This document shows positions 17,885-27,517 of a stretch of 64,000 nt of DNA, piece after piece (position 1 is the stretch's first letter; each line of letters opens with the position of its first letter). The DNA comes from Nitriliruptoraceae bacterium (lineage in GTDB: Bacteria; Actinomycetota; Nitriliruptoria; Nitriliruptorales; Nitriliruptoraceae): NCBI GenBank assembly GCA_020832455.1, contig JAFIEQ010000003.1, forward strand, positions 1,393-65,392, given 5' to 3'. The position numbers and the translations under genes are program-made. The notes beneath the pieces are model-generated. The model searched no databases. It saw only the letters and a list, made by a program, of their open reading frames with translations, and had not been told where the DNA came from.

Positions 17885-20185
17885 ATGCCACGTCGCCACC
17901 GCAACGCACGCCGCGACGTCGGGATGTCGGTGCGCGCGTCGCCGGCCGACGGCGTGGACGCATCGTCAGCAAGGGACCGCCCGGACCTGCCCGCCCTGGA
18001 GGTGATCCAGCGCCGACTGCTCGGGCTGGCGGTGCGGATGGTCGACCACGCCAACCGGGAACGGGCCAACCCGGATGCGATCAAGGTGGGCGGGCACCAG
18101 GCGTCCAGCGCCAGCCTGGTCAGCATCATGACGGCGTTGTGGTTCCACCACCTCGATGCCGACGACCGCACCAGCGTGAAGCCGCACGCCTCCCCGGTCC
18201 TGCACGCCATCAACTACCTGCTCGGACAGCTCGAGCGTGACGCGCTGACGACGCTGCGCGCCTACCGGGGGCTACAGGCCTACCCGAGCCGGACCAAGGA
18301 CCCCGACCGCATCGACTTCTCCACGGGGTCGGTGGGACTCGGGGCCGTGGCACCGCTGTTCGCCGCGGTCACCCGCCGCTACGTCGACACGCGCTTCGGA
18401 CCGCGACCCACCAGCCGGTTCGTGTCATTGCTCGGCGATGCAGAACTCGACGAGGGCACCGTCTGGGAGGCGGTCAACGACCCGATCTCCGAGGGGCTCG
18501 GGGACGTGCTGTGGGTCGTGGACTTCAACCGCCAGTCGCTGGACCGGGTCATCCCCGGGGTGCGCATCGACCACTGGCGGGCGCAGTTCGAGGCAGCCGG
18601 CTGGCACGTGCTCGAGGTGAAGTACGGCTCACGGCTGCTCGAGGCCTACACCCATGCGGGGGGGGCGCGGCGCTGCGCAGGTGGATCGACGACATGCCCA
18701 ACGAGCGCTACCAGGCGCTGTTCGCCTGCCCGGAACCGGAACTGCGTGCACGGTTCTTCGAGGACGCTCCCGACGAGGTCGTCGCCACGGTGGCCGAGGT
18801 CCCCGACGACCAGCTCCGGCGACTGGTCACCGACCTCGGCGGCCACGACCTCGCGCAGCTGATCCGTGCCTTCGAGGCCTGTGACCACGTGACCGATTGC
18901 CCGAGCGTCGTGTTCGCCTACACGGTGAAGGGGTGGGGCCTGCCGATCGCGGGCGATCCCCGCAACCACGGCGCGCAGCTCAGCGGGGGTCAGATCGACG
19001 CCCTGCGTGTGGAACTCGGGATCGGCGACGACGACTGGGCCGCTCTCGACGGCGACTCCCCGGCCGGGATCCTCACGGCGCGGCGGGCGGCGGAGCTCAC
19101 CCGCTCGCCCCACCCGGCCGCGCCCGAGCCGCGTTCCGCGCCGAGCGCCACCCTGCCGAGCTCGCCGGGGCGTTCGCGCCGACGGACCGACCGAGCTGGA
19201 GCGAGGACGGTCTCATCGCCTGGCGGGAGGGGCCCGGCGGTCAGCACCTGGAGCTCGGCATCGGGGAGATCAACTTCTTCCTGCTGCTCGGGCAGTTGGG
19301 CCTGGCGGGCCCCATATCGGATCAGCCGCTCGTCCCCATCGGCACCGTCTACGACCCGTTCGTGCTGCGCGGGCTCGATGCGTTCGTGTACGCGAACTAC
19401 CTCGGCTCACGCTTCATCCTGGCGGGACCCCGTCGGGCATCACCCTGGCACCGGAGGGTGGCGCGCACCAGTCGACCATCACCCCGTCCGTCGGGTTGGA
19501 GACGCCCGGGGTGAGCTTCATGGAACCCGCCTACGCACGGGCGGTGGACTGGCTGCTGTGCGACGCGGTCGCGAGCATCGCCGGTACGGCGCGGACCTCG
19601 GGCAGCGATGCGGCGGGAACGGAGGCCGGCTCCTACTACCTGCGCCTGAGCACGCGACCGATCGATCAGGCCCCCTTCGAACGGGCGGTGGCGCGCCTCG
19701 GCCCACAGACGCTGCGTCGTCAGGTGCTGGCCGGGGCCTACCGGCTCCACGACCCCGCACCCGACGGGCCGGGAGCCGGCGAGGGGCCGGTGATCAACCT
19801 CGCGACCAGCGGGGCGCTCGTGCCGGAGGTGCTGGCCGTCGCGGACCAGCTCGCCCTCGAGGGGGTCCGGGCCTGCGTCGTCGACGTCACGTCCTCGAGC
19901 TGCCTCTACCGCGCCTGGCGCGCCACGATCCGTCGAGCCGTCCGTCAGGCGACGGTGCGTGACCGTCCCGGGGCTCTGCACGCCCCGTTCGTCCCCGGCG
20001 CACCGGTGGTCACGGTGCACGACGCGTCCCCACACGCGATGGCCTGGCTCGGGGGCGCGCTCGGTGTCGAGGTCCTGAGTCTCGGCGTGGACGGCTTCGG
20101 CGAGTCGGGCACGATCGGGGAGCTCTACCGGGCGCACGACCTCGACGCGGACCACATCACCAACGTGGCGCTCGCGGCCCTGTGA
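17885..20185 (+). pseudogene. AceE-like (homodimeric 2-oxoacid dehydrogenase E1 / transketolase-like) gene with at least three frameshifts
   Basis: Homology runs through four successive frames: 17885..18862 (..KVGGHQASSASLVSIMTALWFHH..GDAELDEGTVWEA..), 18511..19962 (..AALRRWIDDMPNERYQALF..VVFAYTVKGWGLP..), 18897..19514 (..LELGIGEINFFLLLGQLGL..TVYDPFV..) and 19007..20185 (..TPSGITLAPEGGAHQS..FGESGTIGELY..). The first shift is at a G8 run, 18658..18665. Confidence 0.75.
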
Positions 20186-20189
20186 CTCC

Positions 20190-20831
20190 TCAGCGGCAGG
20201 CGACCGCGTCGGACTCCGCCAACACGGGCAGGTCGTAGGTGATCTCGAGCAGCTCACCCTCCCCGAAGGCATCCTCGATGACGACGGTCGACGCCGCACG
20301 GTCCCCGCTGAGCCCAAGGTCGATCTCCTCCTGGTTGCCGAAGATCCCCTCCTCCCCGGCCCAGCTCGCCTGATCGAAGATCTCGTCGGCGTACAGGTCG
20401 AGCTGCCCCCGGCCATCGGGCCCCTGGGCGATGACCTGGTACTCCAGCTCCACCTCGAAGGGGAAGGCGCCGTCGTCCTCGCAGCGGCGCAGGTCGGTGA
20501 CCTGGTACTCGACCCCGTCCACCACCAACGTCGCGTCGGGGATGCCCGCCCCCTCCGCGTCCTGCGTCCCGGTGTCCTCGGCGGGTTCGTCGTCCGGCGC
20601 CGACCCCTCGTCCTCCTCGGTGGCCTCCGGCTCCGGATCCGGGTCGGCCGCCTGGTCCTCTTCGAGCGCTGCGTCGTCGTCCGGCTCCTCCGCGTCCTGC
20701 TCGACCGGCTCGTCGGGAGCCTGCTCGTCCGCGTCGCCGCAGCCCACGAGCAGCAGTGCGGTGACGGCCAGCAGCGCCACCGGCCGTCGGGTTCCACGAC
20801 GCAGGCGAGGGAGCAGGGGCGGGGTACGCAT
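20190..20831 (-). CDS. Acidic secreted lipoprotein, function unknown
   Basis: Signal peptide with lipobox (VALLAVTALLLVGCGD) from the ATG at 20831, an Asp/Glu/Pro-rich linker, then a C-terminal globular part ending ..ESDAVACR. Confidence 0.7.
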   Translation of the reverse strand: MRTPPLLPRLRRGTRRPVALLAVTALLLVGCGDADEQAPDEPVEQDAEEPDDDAALEEDQAADPDPEPEATEEDEGSAPDDEPAEDTGTQDAEGAGIPDATLVVDGVEYQVTDLRRCEDDGAFPFEVELEYQVIAQGPDGRGQLDLYADEIFDQASWAGEEGIFGNQEEIDLGLSGDRAASTVVIEDAFGEGELLEITYDLPVLAESDAVACR

Positions 20832-21031
20832 CGGGGACTCCGGGTCAGGTGGGACGTCGCCCGACGGACATCGGGCTCGAGCGGAGCCGGAACGTACGAC
20901 GCCGCCGGGCCGGCACGATCCGCCAGCCCCCCACGTGCCGCGCGTCCGACGCGCATCAGCGCGCGGCGGACGGCCGCGCCTCTCGCGCGCTGGCCGGGCC
21001 CGCGGCGGCCGTGGCCCGACCCACCTGCGAT

Positions 21032-21050
21032 ACTGGTTAGGCTCACCTAA
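21032..21050. promoter_or_regulatory. Candidate IdeR/DtxR iron box upstream of the ferritin gene
   Basis: actggTTAGGCTcACCTAA matches 15 of 19 positions of the recalled consensus TWAGGTWAGSCTWACCTWA. It contains the inverted repeat TTAGG-N4-CCTAA and ends 18 nt before the GTG start. Confidence 0.55.
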
Positions 21051-21068
21051 CGACACAGGAGCTCCGCG

Positions 21069-21569
21069 GTGGACGACCGACTTCAGGCACAGTTCAACGA
21101 CCAGATCGCCCTCGAGCACGCCTCCGAACGGGCGTACCTGCAGATGGCCGCCTGGGCCGAGGCCCACGACTTCTCCGGTTCCGCCGCGTGGCTGCGTGAC
21201 CAGGCCAGCGAGGAGTCGACCCACGCTGCGATGTTCATCGACTTCGTCCTCGATCGGGACGGCGAGGTGCGACTGCAGGCGCTCGATGCGCCCGACGCCG
21301 ACTTCGACACGCTGCTCGACGTCTTCCGCGCCGCCCTCGGGCACGAGCGGCGGGTCACCGCATCGATCGGGGCGCTGTACGCCACGGCCCACGAGGTCCG
21401 CGACTTCGCGAGCCTGCCGCTTCTCACCCGCTTCCTCGACGAGCAGGTGGAGGAGGAGGCCAGCGTCAGCACCATCGTCGGTGAGCTGGCGATGGTCGCC
21501 GACGACCCCAGCGCGGTCCTGATGTTGGATCGCGAACTGCCCGGCCGGCGCGCCGCCGAGGGTGGCTGA
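21069..21569 (+). CDS. Ferritin (non-haem, Ftn-type)
   Basis: FNDQIALEHASERAYLQMAAWAE..ASEESTHAAMFIDFVL..ALGHERRVTASI carries the ferroxidase-centre Glu/His pattern. AGGAG lies 7 nt upstream of the GTG. Confidence 0.9.
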   Translation: MDDRLQAQFNDQIALEHASERAYLQMAAWAEAHDFSGSAAWLRDQASEESTHAAMFIDFVLDRDGEVRLQALDAPDADFDTLLDVFRAALGHERRVTASIGALYATAHEVRDFASLPLLTRFLDEQVEEEASVSTIVGELAMVADDPSAVLMLDRELPGRRAAEGG

Positions 21570-21987
21570 GCCAGTACCGACCGCAGCGGTCCGCCCGTAC
21601 GACCCCCCGGAGGCCACGGTGGCCAGCAGCCTCGAACAGCGCACCTCCAAGGCCCGCATCGACACGATGCAGCGCCACGTGCTCGTGTGCGTGGACGACG
21701 ACTGCGGCGGGGGCAAGGTCGCGAAGGCGCTGCGACGGTCCATCGCCGCACACGGGCTGCGCAGCACCGTGTCGGTCGCGAAGGTGGACTGCCTCGGCAT
21801 CTGCCGGAAGGGCACCATCGCCGTCGTCTACCCGGAGGGCACCTGGTACGCGGGGCTCGCGGCGAAGAACGTCGACCGGCTCGTCTCCGAGCACCTGTTG
21901 CACGGGCGCGTCGTCGAGGAGATGGTCTTCCACCGCAACCCGCTCGGGGCGAGCTGCCTGACCGATCGCGCCGTGCGGACCGGCTGA
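21562..21987 (+). CDS. Thioredoxin-like [2Fe-2S] ferredoxin-domain protein
   Basis: RHVLVCVDDDCGGGKVAKAL....KVDCLGICRKGTIAVVYPEGTWY shows the CxxxxC...CxxxC spacing. The start is uncertain: the GTG at 21562 overlaps ferritin by 8 nt, and the alternative is the ATG at 21667. Confidence 0.7.
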   Translation: MAEPVPTAAVRPYDPPEATVASSLEQRTSKARIDTMQRHVLVCVDDDCGGGKVAKALRRSIAAHGLRSTVSVAKVDCLGICRKGTIAVVYPEGTWYAGLAAKNVDRLVSEHLLHGRVVEEMVFHRNPLGASCLTDRAVRTG

Positions 21988-22093
21988 CGAGCCAACGCGC
22001 CCGTCGTGGCGGCCACGGGGTGCCGCGGTCGTGCCGGTACGTTCAGCGGCGATCGCGCGACCACGTGACCGACCCCGACGACCCGAGAGCACC

Positions 22094-23170
22094 GTGACCA
22101 GCATCGACCCATCGCCCGCCCTCGTGGCTCAGCACCGGCACGTCACCTCCTTCGACGCCCTCCCGCGCCCGAGCGAGATCCGGGAGGAACTGCCGGTCGA
22201 CGAACCCCGCTTCGCCACGGTGGCGCGCGCCCGCGAGGAGGTCGCGGCCGCGCTGCGTGGCGCGGACGACCGGATGGTCGTGGTGGTCGGACCCTGCTCG
22301 ATCCACGACCCCGGGCTGGCGCTCGAGTACGCCCGGCTGCTGCGCGAGCAGGCCGACGCGCACCGCGACGAGCTCATCGTCGTGATGCGGACCTACTTCG
22401 AGAAGCCGCGGACCTCCATCGGGTGGAAGGGCCTCATCTACGACCCGTCGCTCGACGGGACCTCCGATGCGCTGCGGGGGCTGCGCACCGCCCGTCAGGT
22501 GCTGCTGGACGTGCTCGGTCTCGGCCTGCCGTGCGCCGTCGAGGTCCTGGACGCCATCACCCCGCAGTACTACGCCGACCTGGTCTCCTGGGCGGCGATC
22601 GGCGCCCGGACCGTGGAGAGCCAGGTCCACCGCCAACTCGCCTCCGGGCTGTCGATGCCGATCGGGTTCAAGAACGCCACCGACGGCCGGGTGGGCGTGG
22701 CGGTCAACGCGCTCGCCGCGTCGATCGAGCCGCACGCGTTCTTCGGGGTCGACGACGAGGGACGCAGCGCCGTGGTGCGCACCAGCGGCAACCCGGATGC
22801 CCACCTCGTGTTGCGGGGCGGCGACGACGGACCGAACTTCGCCCGCGCCCACGTCGAGGACGCCGCGCAACGCGCCCAGCCGGTCACGGGACACCAGCGC
22901 CCGGTGATGGTCGACGCCTCGCACGGCAACTCCGGCAAGGACCACCGTCGGCAGCGGGTGGTCGTCGAGGACCTGCTCGAGCAGTGGGGCCGTGCGGACC
23001 ACGGGCTGCTCGGGGTGATGCTGGAGAGCAACCTGCAGCCCGGGCGGCAGGACTGGCACCCCAACCAGCCGCTCGAGTACGGCGTGTCGATCACCGACGC
23101 CTGCGTCGGGTGGGACGAGACGGTCGAGCTGCTCGGCCGCTGCGCCGCCGCGGTCACCGCGACGCGCTGA
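22094..23170 (+). CDS. aroG: 3-deoxy-7-phosphoheptulonate (DAHP) synthase, class I
   Basis: VVVGPCSIHD, MRTYFEKPRTSIGWKGLIYDP, IGARTVESQVHRQLASGLSMPIGFKN, VMVDASHGNSGKD. The isozyme assignment (aroG/F/H) is not resolvable from sequence. Confidence 0.9.
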   Translation: MTSIDPSPALVAQHRHVTSFDALPRPSEIREELPVDEPRFATVARAREEVAAALRGADDRMVVVVGPCSIHDPGLALEYARLLREQADAHRDELIVVMRTYFEKPRTSIGWKGLIYDPSLDGTSDALRGLRTARQVLLDVLGLGLPCAVEVLDAITPQYYADLVSWAAIGARTVESQVHRQLASGLSMPIGFKNATDGRVGVAVNALAASIEPHAFFGVDDEGRSAVVRTSGNPDAHLVLRGGDDGPNFARAHVEDAAQRAQPVTGHQRPVMVDASHGNSGKDHRRQRVVVEDLLEQWGRADHGLLGVMLESNLQPGRQDWHPNQPLEYGVSITDACVGWDETVELLGRCAAAVTATR

Positions 23171-23263
23171 GCGACCCGGCCCGACCCGCCTCTCCGCGCG
23201 CCGAGCATCAGGCACCGCGCGCCAGCCACCACAGGATCGAGGGCGCGTGATGCGCCGGGCCCG

Positions 23264-24907
23264 TCAGTCGACGGCGGGCTCCGGCGCGGCCCGAGGCAGC
23301 AGGACGTGGAACGCCGAGCCGCCACCCTCGGCCTCCTCGACCCAGGCGCTGCCTCCGTGGAGCTCGGCGAACGCGGCGACCAACGACAGACCGATGCCCG
23401 TGCCGGGACGGTGGGCGAGCACGCGCTCGCCCTGGTGGAACGGCTGGAAGATGCGCTCGCGATCCTGGGGCGCGATCCCCTCCCCCCGGTCGGTGACGGT
23501 CAGCAGCGCCCCGTCGGCGCGTGGCGTCACCGCCACCTCGATGGGGGTTCCCGCCGGGGTGTGGACCGCGGCGTTCAGCACGAGGTTGGCCACGATCCGC
23601 TCGACCTTGACCGGGGCGAGGTCGAGATCGATGGGGGCGAGGTCGAACGCGACCGGATGGTCCCCGAGCTCGAGCTCGGTGACCGCCCGGCGCACCAGCT
23701 CCGCGAGGTCGACGGGCTCACGTCGCAGCTCGAGCGACCCGTGCGTGGAGCGGTTGAGGTCGAGCAGGTCCGTGAGCAGCCGGTCCAGGCGATCCGCGTG
23801 CACCGCCAGCCGGTCCAACAGCTCCGGGGTCGCATCGGGCTGGTGGCGACCGCTGCGCAGTAGTTCGGACGTGCCCTTGAGCACCGTGAGCGGGGTCCGC
23901 AGCTCGTGGGAGACGGCCGTCAGGAACGCGGCGCGCAGCCGGTCGACCCGGCGCAGCTGCTCCGCGGCCTCCTGCTCGATCGCCACGGTGGCCGCCAGAC
24001 GTTCCGCGGACTCCTGGTAGGTCGCGATGTCGTGCCCGTGCCACAGGATGCACGCACGCCCGGACGTGGACGTGAACCGCTGCGCCTGCACGTCCATGGC
24101 CGGCGCGCCGTCGACGGCTGGCTGGTGGTAGGTGACCGGCCACGCCCCGGGATCCTGCAACGGTGCGAGCTCACGACGCAGGGCCAGCTGCTCGAAGCAC
24201 CCGTGCAGCTCCCAGGGGGGACGACCCAGCAACGCCGAACGCTCACGACCCACCAGCTCGCACGCGGTGATGTTGGCGTACTCGACCTGCAGGGTGTCCA
24301 GATCCAGCAGCAGCGTGACGCTGTGGTTGGCATCGACCATCCGGCGGTAGACCTCGAGCTGGAGCTCCTGGGTCTCCACGACGTCGGTCAGCTGGGCGAC
24401 GCGGGCCGACAGCTCGCCCAGGTTGGCCTGGCCCTCCTCCAGCTGGGCCAGGTGGAGGCCGAGGATCTCCGCCAACGCCTCGGCGACCGCGACGTCCTGC
24501 TCACCGAGGTCCTCGCGTGGCGAGTGGTGCATGCAGCACAGCGTCCCGAACACCTCGCCGTCCGGGTCGCGCACGGGCACGCCGAGGTAGGCGGCGATGC
24601 CACCCTGCGCCGTGCCGGCGAGGTCGCAGACCAGCGGTTCGACACTGGTGTCGCGGATCAGCCACGACGCATCGCGCTCGACGACGTGGTGGCAGTAGCT
24701 GTCGAGCCGTGGCAAGCGGTCGCCGGGGCGCACCTTGAACGTCGCCGCACCGACGCCGTTGGTGACGAGGTGGATCTGCTCGGTGTCGGTCATCCTCGCG
24801 AAGAACGCCCCGTCCATCCGCAGGCGGTGGGTGAGCGCGTGGAGCAGGAACTCGACCGCGCGGCGGGTCCGTACGTCCGACACCCCGGCCGACGCCGCAT
24901 CGATCAT
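23264..24907 (-). CDS. Soluble sensor histidine kinase with GAF and PAS domains
   Basis: No TM segments. GAF-like N-terminus (..GIAAYLGVPVRDPDGEVFGTLCCMHH..), a PAS-like middle, the H-box SHELRTPLTVLKG, and a HATPase_c end (..GTGIGLSLVAAFAELHGGSAWVEE..). Confidence 0.85.
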   Translation of the reverse strand: MIDAASAGVSDVRTRRAVEFLLHALTHRLRMDGAFFARMTDTEQIHLVTNGVGAATFKVRPGDRLPRLDSYCHHVVERDASWLIRDTSVEPLVCDLAGTAQGGIAAYLGVPVRDPDGEVFGTLCCMHHSPREDLGEQDVAVAEALAEILGLHLAQLEEGQANLGELSARVAQLTDVVETQELQLEVYRRMVDANHSVTLLLDLDTLQVEYANITACELVGRERSALLGRPPWELHGCFEQLALRRELAPLQDPGAWPVTYHQPAVDGAPAMDVQAQRFTSTSGRACILWHGHDIATYQESAERLAATVAIEQEAAEQLRRVDRLRAAFLTAVSHELRTPLTVLKGTSELLRSGRHQPDATPELLDRLAVHADRLDRLLTDLLDLNRSTHGSLELRREPVDLAELVRRAVTELELGDHPVAFDLAPIDLDLAPVKVERIVANLVLNAAVHTPAGTPIEVAVTPRADGALLTVTDRGEGIAPQDRERIFQPFHQGERVLAHRPGTGIGLSLVAAFAELHGGSAWVEEAEGGGSAFHVLLPRAAPEPAVD

Positions 24908-25032
24908 GGTGGGCCCCCGTTGGTGGGTCGGGTGCTCCGACCGCCCAGTACCCGCAGCCTACGTGGTGACCGCGTGCGCCGACAGGTGCGCGGAGCGTCG
25001 CCGCGATCGGGACACCGCCGAGGCCACGCCGC

Positions 25033-26490
25033 TCACGACCGGCCGAACGGTCGCCAGGGGCTGTCGGCTTCCCGGCAGCGACGCTCGCCGAGCAGATCGC
25101 ACGGGTAGGGCTCGAGCGGCACGATCCAGTCGGCCGGGGGCAGCCGACCGGGCTCTGCCGCGAGGTCGACGCTCGGATCGATCAGCTCCTGCAACGGTCG
25201 GTCGTGCAGGGACGCACGGGCGATGGCACGCACGCGCACGTCCGGCCCACGTTCGTCACGCAGGTGGTGGGCGTGCTGACGGATCATCTCCGGGTAGGTC
25301 GCGATCTTGCGGTACTGCCGCGGGGTGAGGTGCTCGCGTGGGTCGACCCGTTCGGGGGGCTGCCCGGGCCGCTCGACCACGAAGTGCACCTCGCCGACCT
25401 TGGACCGCAGCAGCATGTGCCAGCTGAGCCGCATGCCCTCCTCGGTCCACATCGGCTCGCCCGCGTAGACGAACGGCCGCAGCGGCAGCACCAGCATCAG
25501 CACGAGCCACACGGTCAGCACGACACGCACCGGACGGGAGGCCGCACGCTCCACCCCGGGATGGGCCCGCACCCCACTGCCGGCCCGCCGGCTCCCGACG
25601 CCTCCCGCCCCGGCACTCCAACCGAACCGGGCGACGAGCCGCCGCGGCCAGTCCGCATCGAGGAACAACAGGGTCGCCGCGATGCCGAGGTAGGGGAAGA
25701 TCCCGATCCCGAACATGTCCCGGTTGAGCGCGTGGAAGGCGATCGCGAGCCCGAGCCCGAGCCACCGGGTGCGGCGCCACAGCAGCAGCGGCACCACGAA
25801 CAGGTCGAACAGCATCCCGCCCCAGGACATCGCCACGGCCAACCACACCGTGTCCGCGACGTCGGACAGGCCGGGCACGCTCAGCGAGCCGGGCAGCCAG
25901 TGCCGCATCGGCCAGCCCTGCAACCAGTCGCCCTGCAGCTTGGCGAGCCCGGCCACCACGTAGACGATCGCCATCTGGGTCCGCAGCACCCACAGGTGCC
26001 ACGCGGGCGCGAGCGTGAACGCGCCGCGACGCCAGGCCCGAAGCGACCAGCACCCGTCGGTCGGCACGACGGCCAGCAGGGCCACGTACAGGATCGTCAA
26101 CCAGAAGTGGTTGAGGTAGTTCGTGGCCTCGAGCAGGAACTGGTAGGTGAAGACCAGCGCGAGCAGGCCGGCACTCGGGCGGGTCGCGACGCCCAGGGCG
26201 ATCAGCAGACCCAGCACCGCCACGACGAGCACCCCGGCGTACAGCACGGGCTCCGGGGGGACGGGGACCCAGGCGAAGCCCCGGTAGGTGAAGCGGTAGG
26301 TCGGCTCGATCCACAGCGCCGACACCCACCCGTAGCTCCAGTAGCGGGCGGCCTCCCAGACCATCAGCAGCCCGAACAGGATCCGGAACACGGCCAACGA
26401 ACCCGTGTCGATCCCACGCAGCGCTGCCGCCGTCACCCGCAACGTCAGCGAACGTGCCACCGTCACCGGTCGGCTGGTCTGGGACACCAT
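25033..26490 (-). CDS. HTTM-domain membrane protein (vitamin K-dependent gamma-carboxylase homolog)
   Basis: SLAVFRILFGLLMVWEAARYW..WIEPTYRFTYRGFAWV.. is the characteristic HTTM N-terminus, followed by a polytopic membrane region and a soluble C-terminal domain. Start at MVSQTS (26490). Confidence 0.8.
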   Translation of the reverse strand: MVSQTSRPVTVARSLTLRVTAAALRGIDTGSLAVFRILFGLLMVWEAARYWSYGWVSALWIEPTYRFTYRGFAWVPVPPEPVLYAGVLVVAVLGLLIALGVATRPSAGLLALVFTYQFLLEATNYLNHFWLTILYVALLAVVPTDGCWSLRAWRRGAFTLAPAWHLWVLRTQMAIVYVVAGLAKLQGDWLQGWPMRHWLPGSLSVPGLSDVADTVWLAVAMSWGGMLFDLFVVPLLLWRRTRWLGLGLAIAFHALNRDMFGIGIFPYLGIAATLLFLDADWPRRLVARFGWSAGAGGVGSRRAGSGVRAHPGVERAASRPVRVVLTVWLVLMLVLPLRPFVYAGEPMWTEEGMRLSWHMLLRSKVGEVHFVVERPGQPPERVDPREHLTPRQYRKIATYPEMIRQHAHHLRDERGPDVRVRAIARASLHDRPLQELIDPSVDLAAEPGRLPPADWIVPLEPYPCDLLGERRCREADSPWRPFGRS

Positions 26491-26546
26491 GCCCCGACGG
26501 TACCGGCTCCCGGAACGGTTCCCAGTCTCCCCGTGGATCGTGACGG

Positions 26547-27326
26547 TTACCCGGCCGTGGCCGCGTCGAAGGCCGCCACACGGTCGAGGAAGCGGGTGGG
26601 GTCGACCAGGTGGGGGTAGTGCCCGTGATCCGGCCAGACCTCGACGGCGGCCGTCGGGATCCGCTCGGCCAGCCACCCCGCGTAGGCGGGACCGGGGTCG
26701 ATGCCGTGCAGCGACAGCACGGGCGTGCGGACCCCGGCGGCGATCTCCCCGACCATCGCGTCGAGCGCCTCCGCGGGCTGCTCAAGCAGGGGTCCCCACA
26801 CGCCGAGCACGACGTCGCGGTCCGCGCGCCGGAGCGTGTCGAGCCGTGCCACCTCGGCGGTGTCGAGGGGACCGGTCATCGCGCCGAAGACCATCGCGAT
26901 CGCCTCGTCGAACCCGTCCCCGCGCAGCAGCGGTTCGAGCTGGCGGACCTGCGCCTGGAACCCCGCGAGATCCAGGGGCTGGTCCACGTCGATCACCCCC
27001 CGGGTCGGGAACGCGCTCGCGTAGGCGACCGCCACCAGCCCACCCATCGAATGCCCGATCACCAGCGGGTCACCCTCGGCCAGCTCCAGGCCCGCCAGCG
27101 TGCGGTGGACGTCGGCTGCCATCGACGCCGGGTCGTAGACTTCGGCCGTGGGGGAACGACCGTGACCGCGCAGGTCGACGCGAACGACGGTCCCCCGCGT
27201 CGCCAGGGCGCCGACCAGCGGCGCGAAGCTCTCCATCGACTCCGTGATGCCGTGGAGCAGCACCGTGACCGGGCCGGAACCCGTCACGTCCGCCTGCAGT
27301 TCCATGCCCTGGTCCGATGCGCTCAT
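26547..27326 (-). CDS. Alpha/beta-fold hydrolase
   Basis: VTVLLHGITES.., nucleophile elbow VIGHSMGG, and a C-terminal ..PDHGHYPHLVDP histidine motif. Confidence 0.85.
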   Translation of the reverse strand: MSASDQGMELQADVTGSGPVTVLLHGITESMESFAPLVGALATRGTVVRVDLRGHGRSPTAEVYDPASMAADVHRTLAGLELAEGDPLVIGHSMGGLVAVAYASAFPTRGVIDVDQPLDLAGFQAQVRQLEPLLRGDGFDEAIAMVFGAMTGPLDTAEVARLDTLRRADRDVVLGVWGPLLEQPAEALDAMVGEIAAGVRTPVLSLHGIDPGPAYAGWLAERIPTAAVEVWPDHGHYPHLVDPTRFLDRVAAFDAATAG

Positions 27327-27517
27327 CCGACGTCCTCCCGGTCGACCACCGTGTGGTGCGCCGCATCCAAGCACCCCGGACCCGCTGCCGTCGTGCGAGC
27401 GACTGTGAGCATCGGGGGACGGTTGGTCTACCGTCACCGTCACGCCGCACGTGGCCGTCGCCCCGTCCCTCGACCGAACGACGCCCGCACGTCCCGTGCC
27501 CCACCAGGAGTCCGCGC

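Noticed and set aside
18658-18665. A G8 run at the first frameshift of the aceE-like gene, considered as a phase-variation (contingency) switch.
   Set aside because: Two further frameshifts lie downstream at sites without long homopolymers, so restoring the G-run length alone would not restore the protein. Pseudogenisation, or a local sequencing error, is the simpler explanation.
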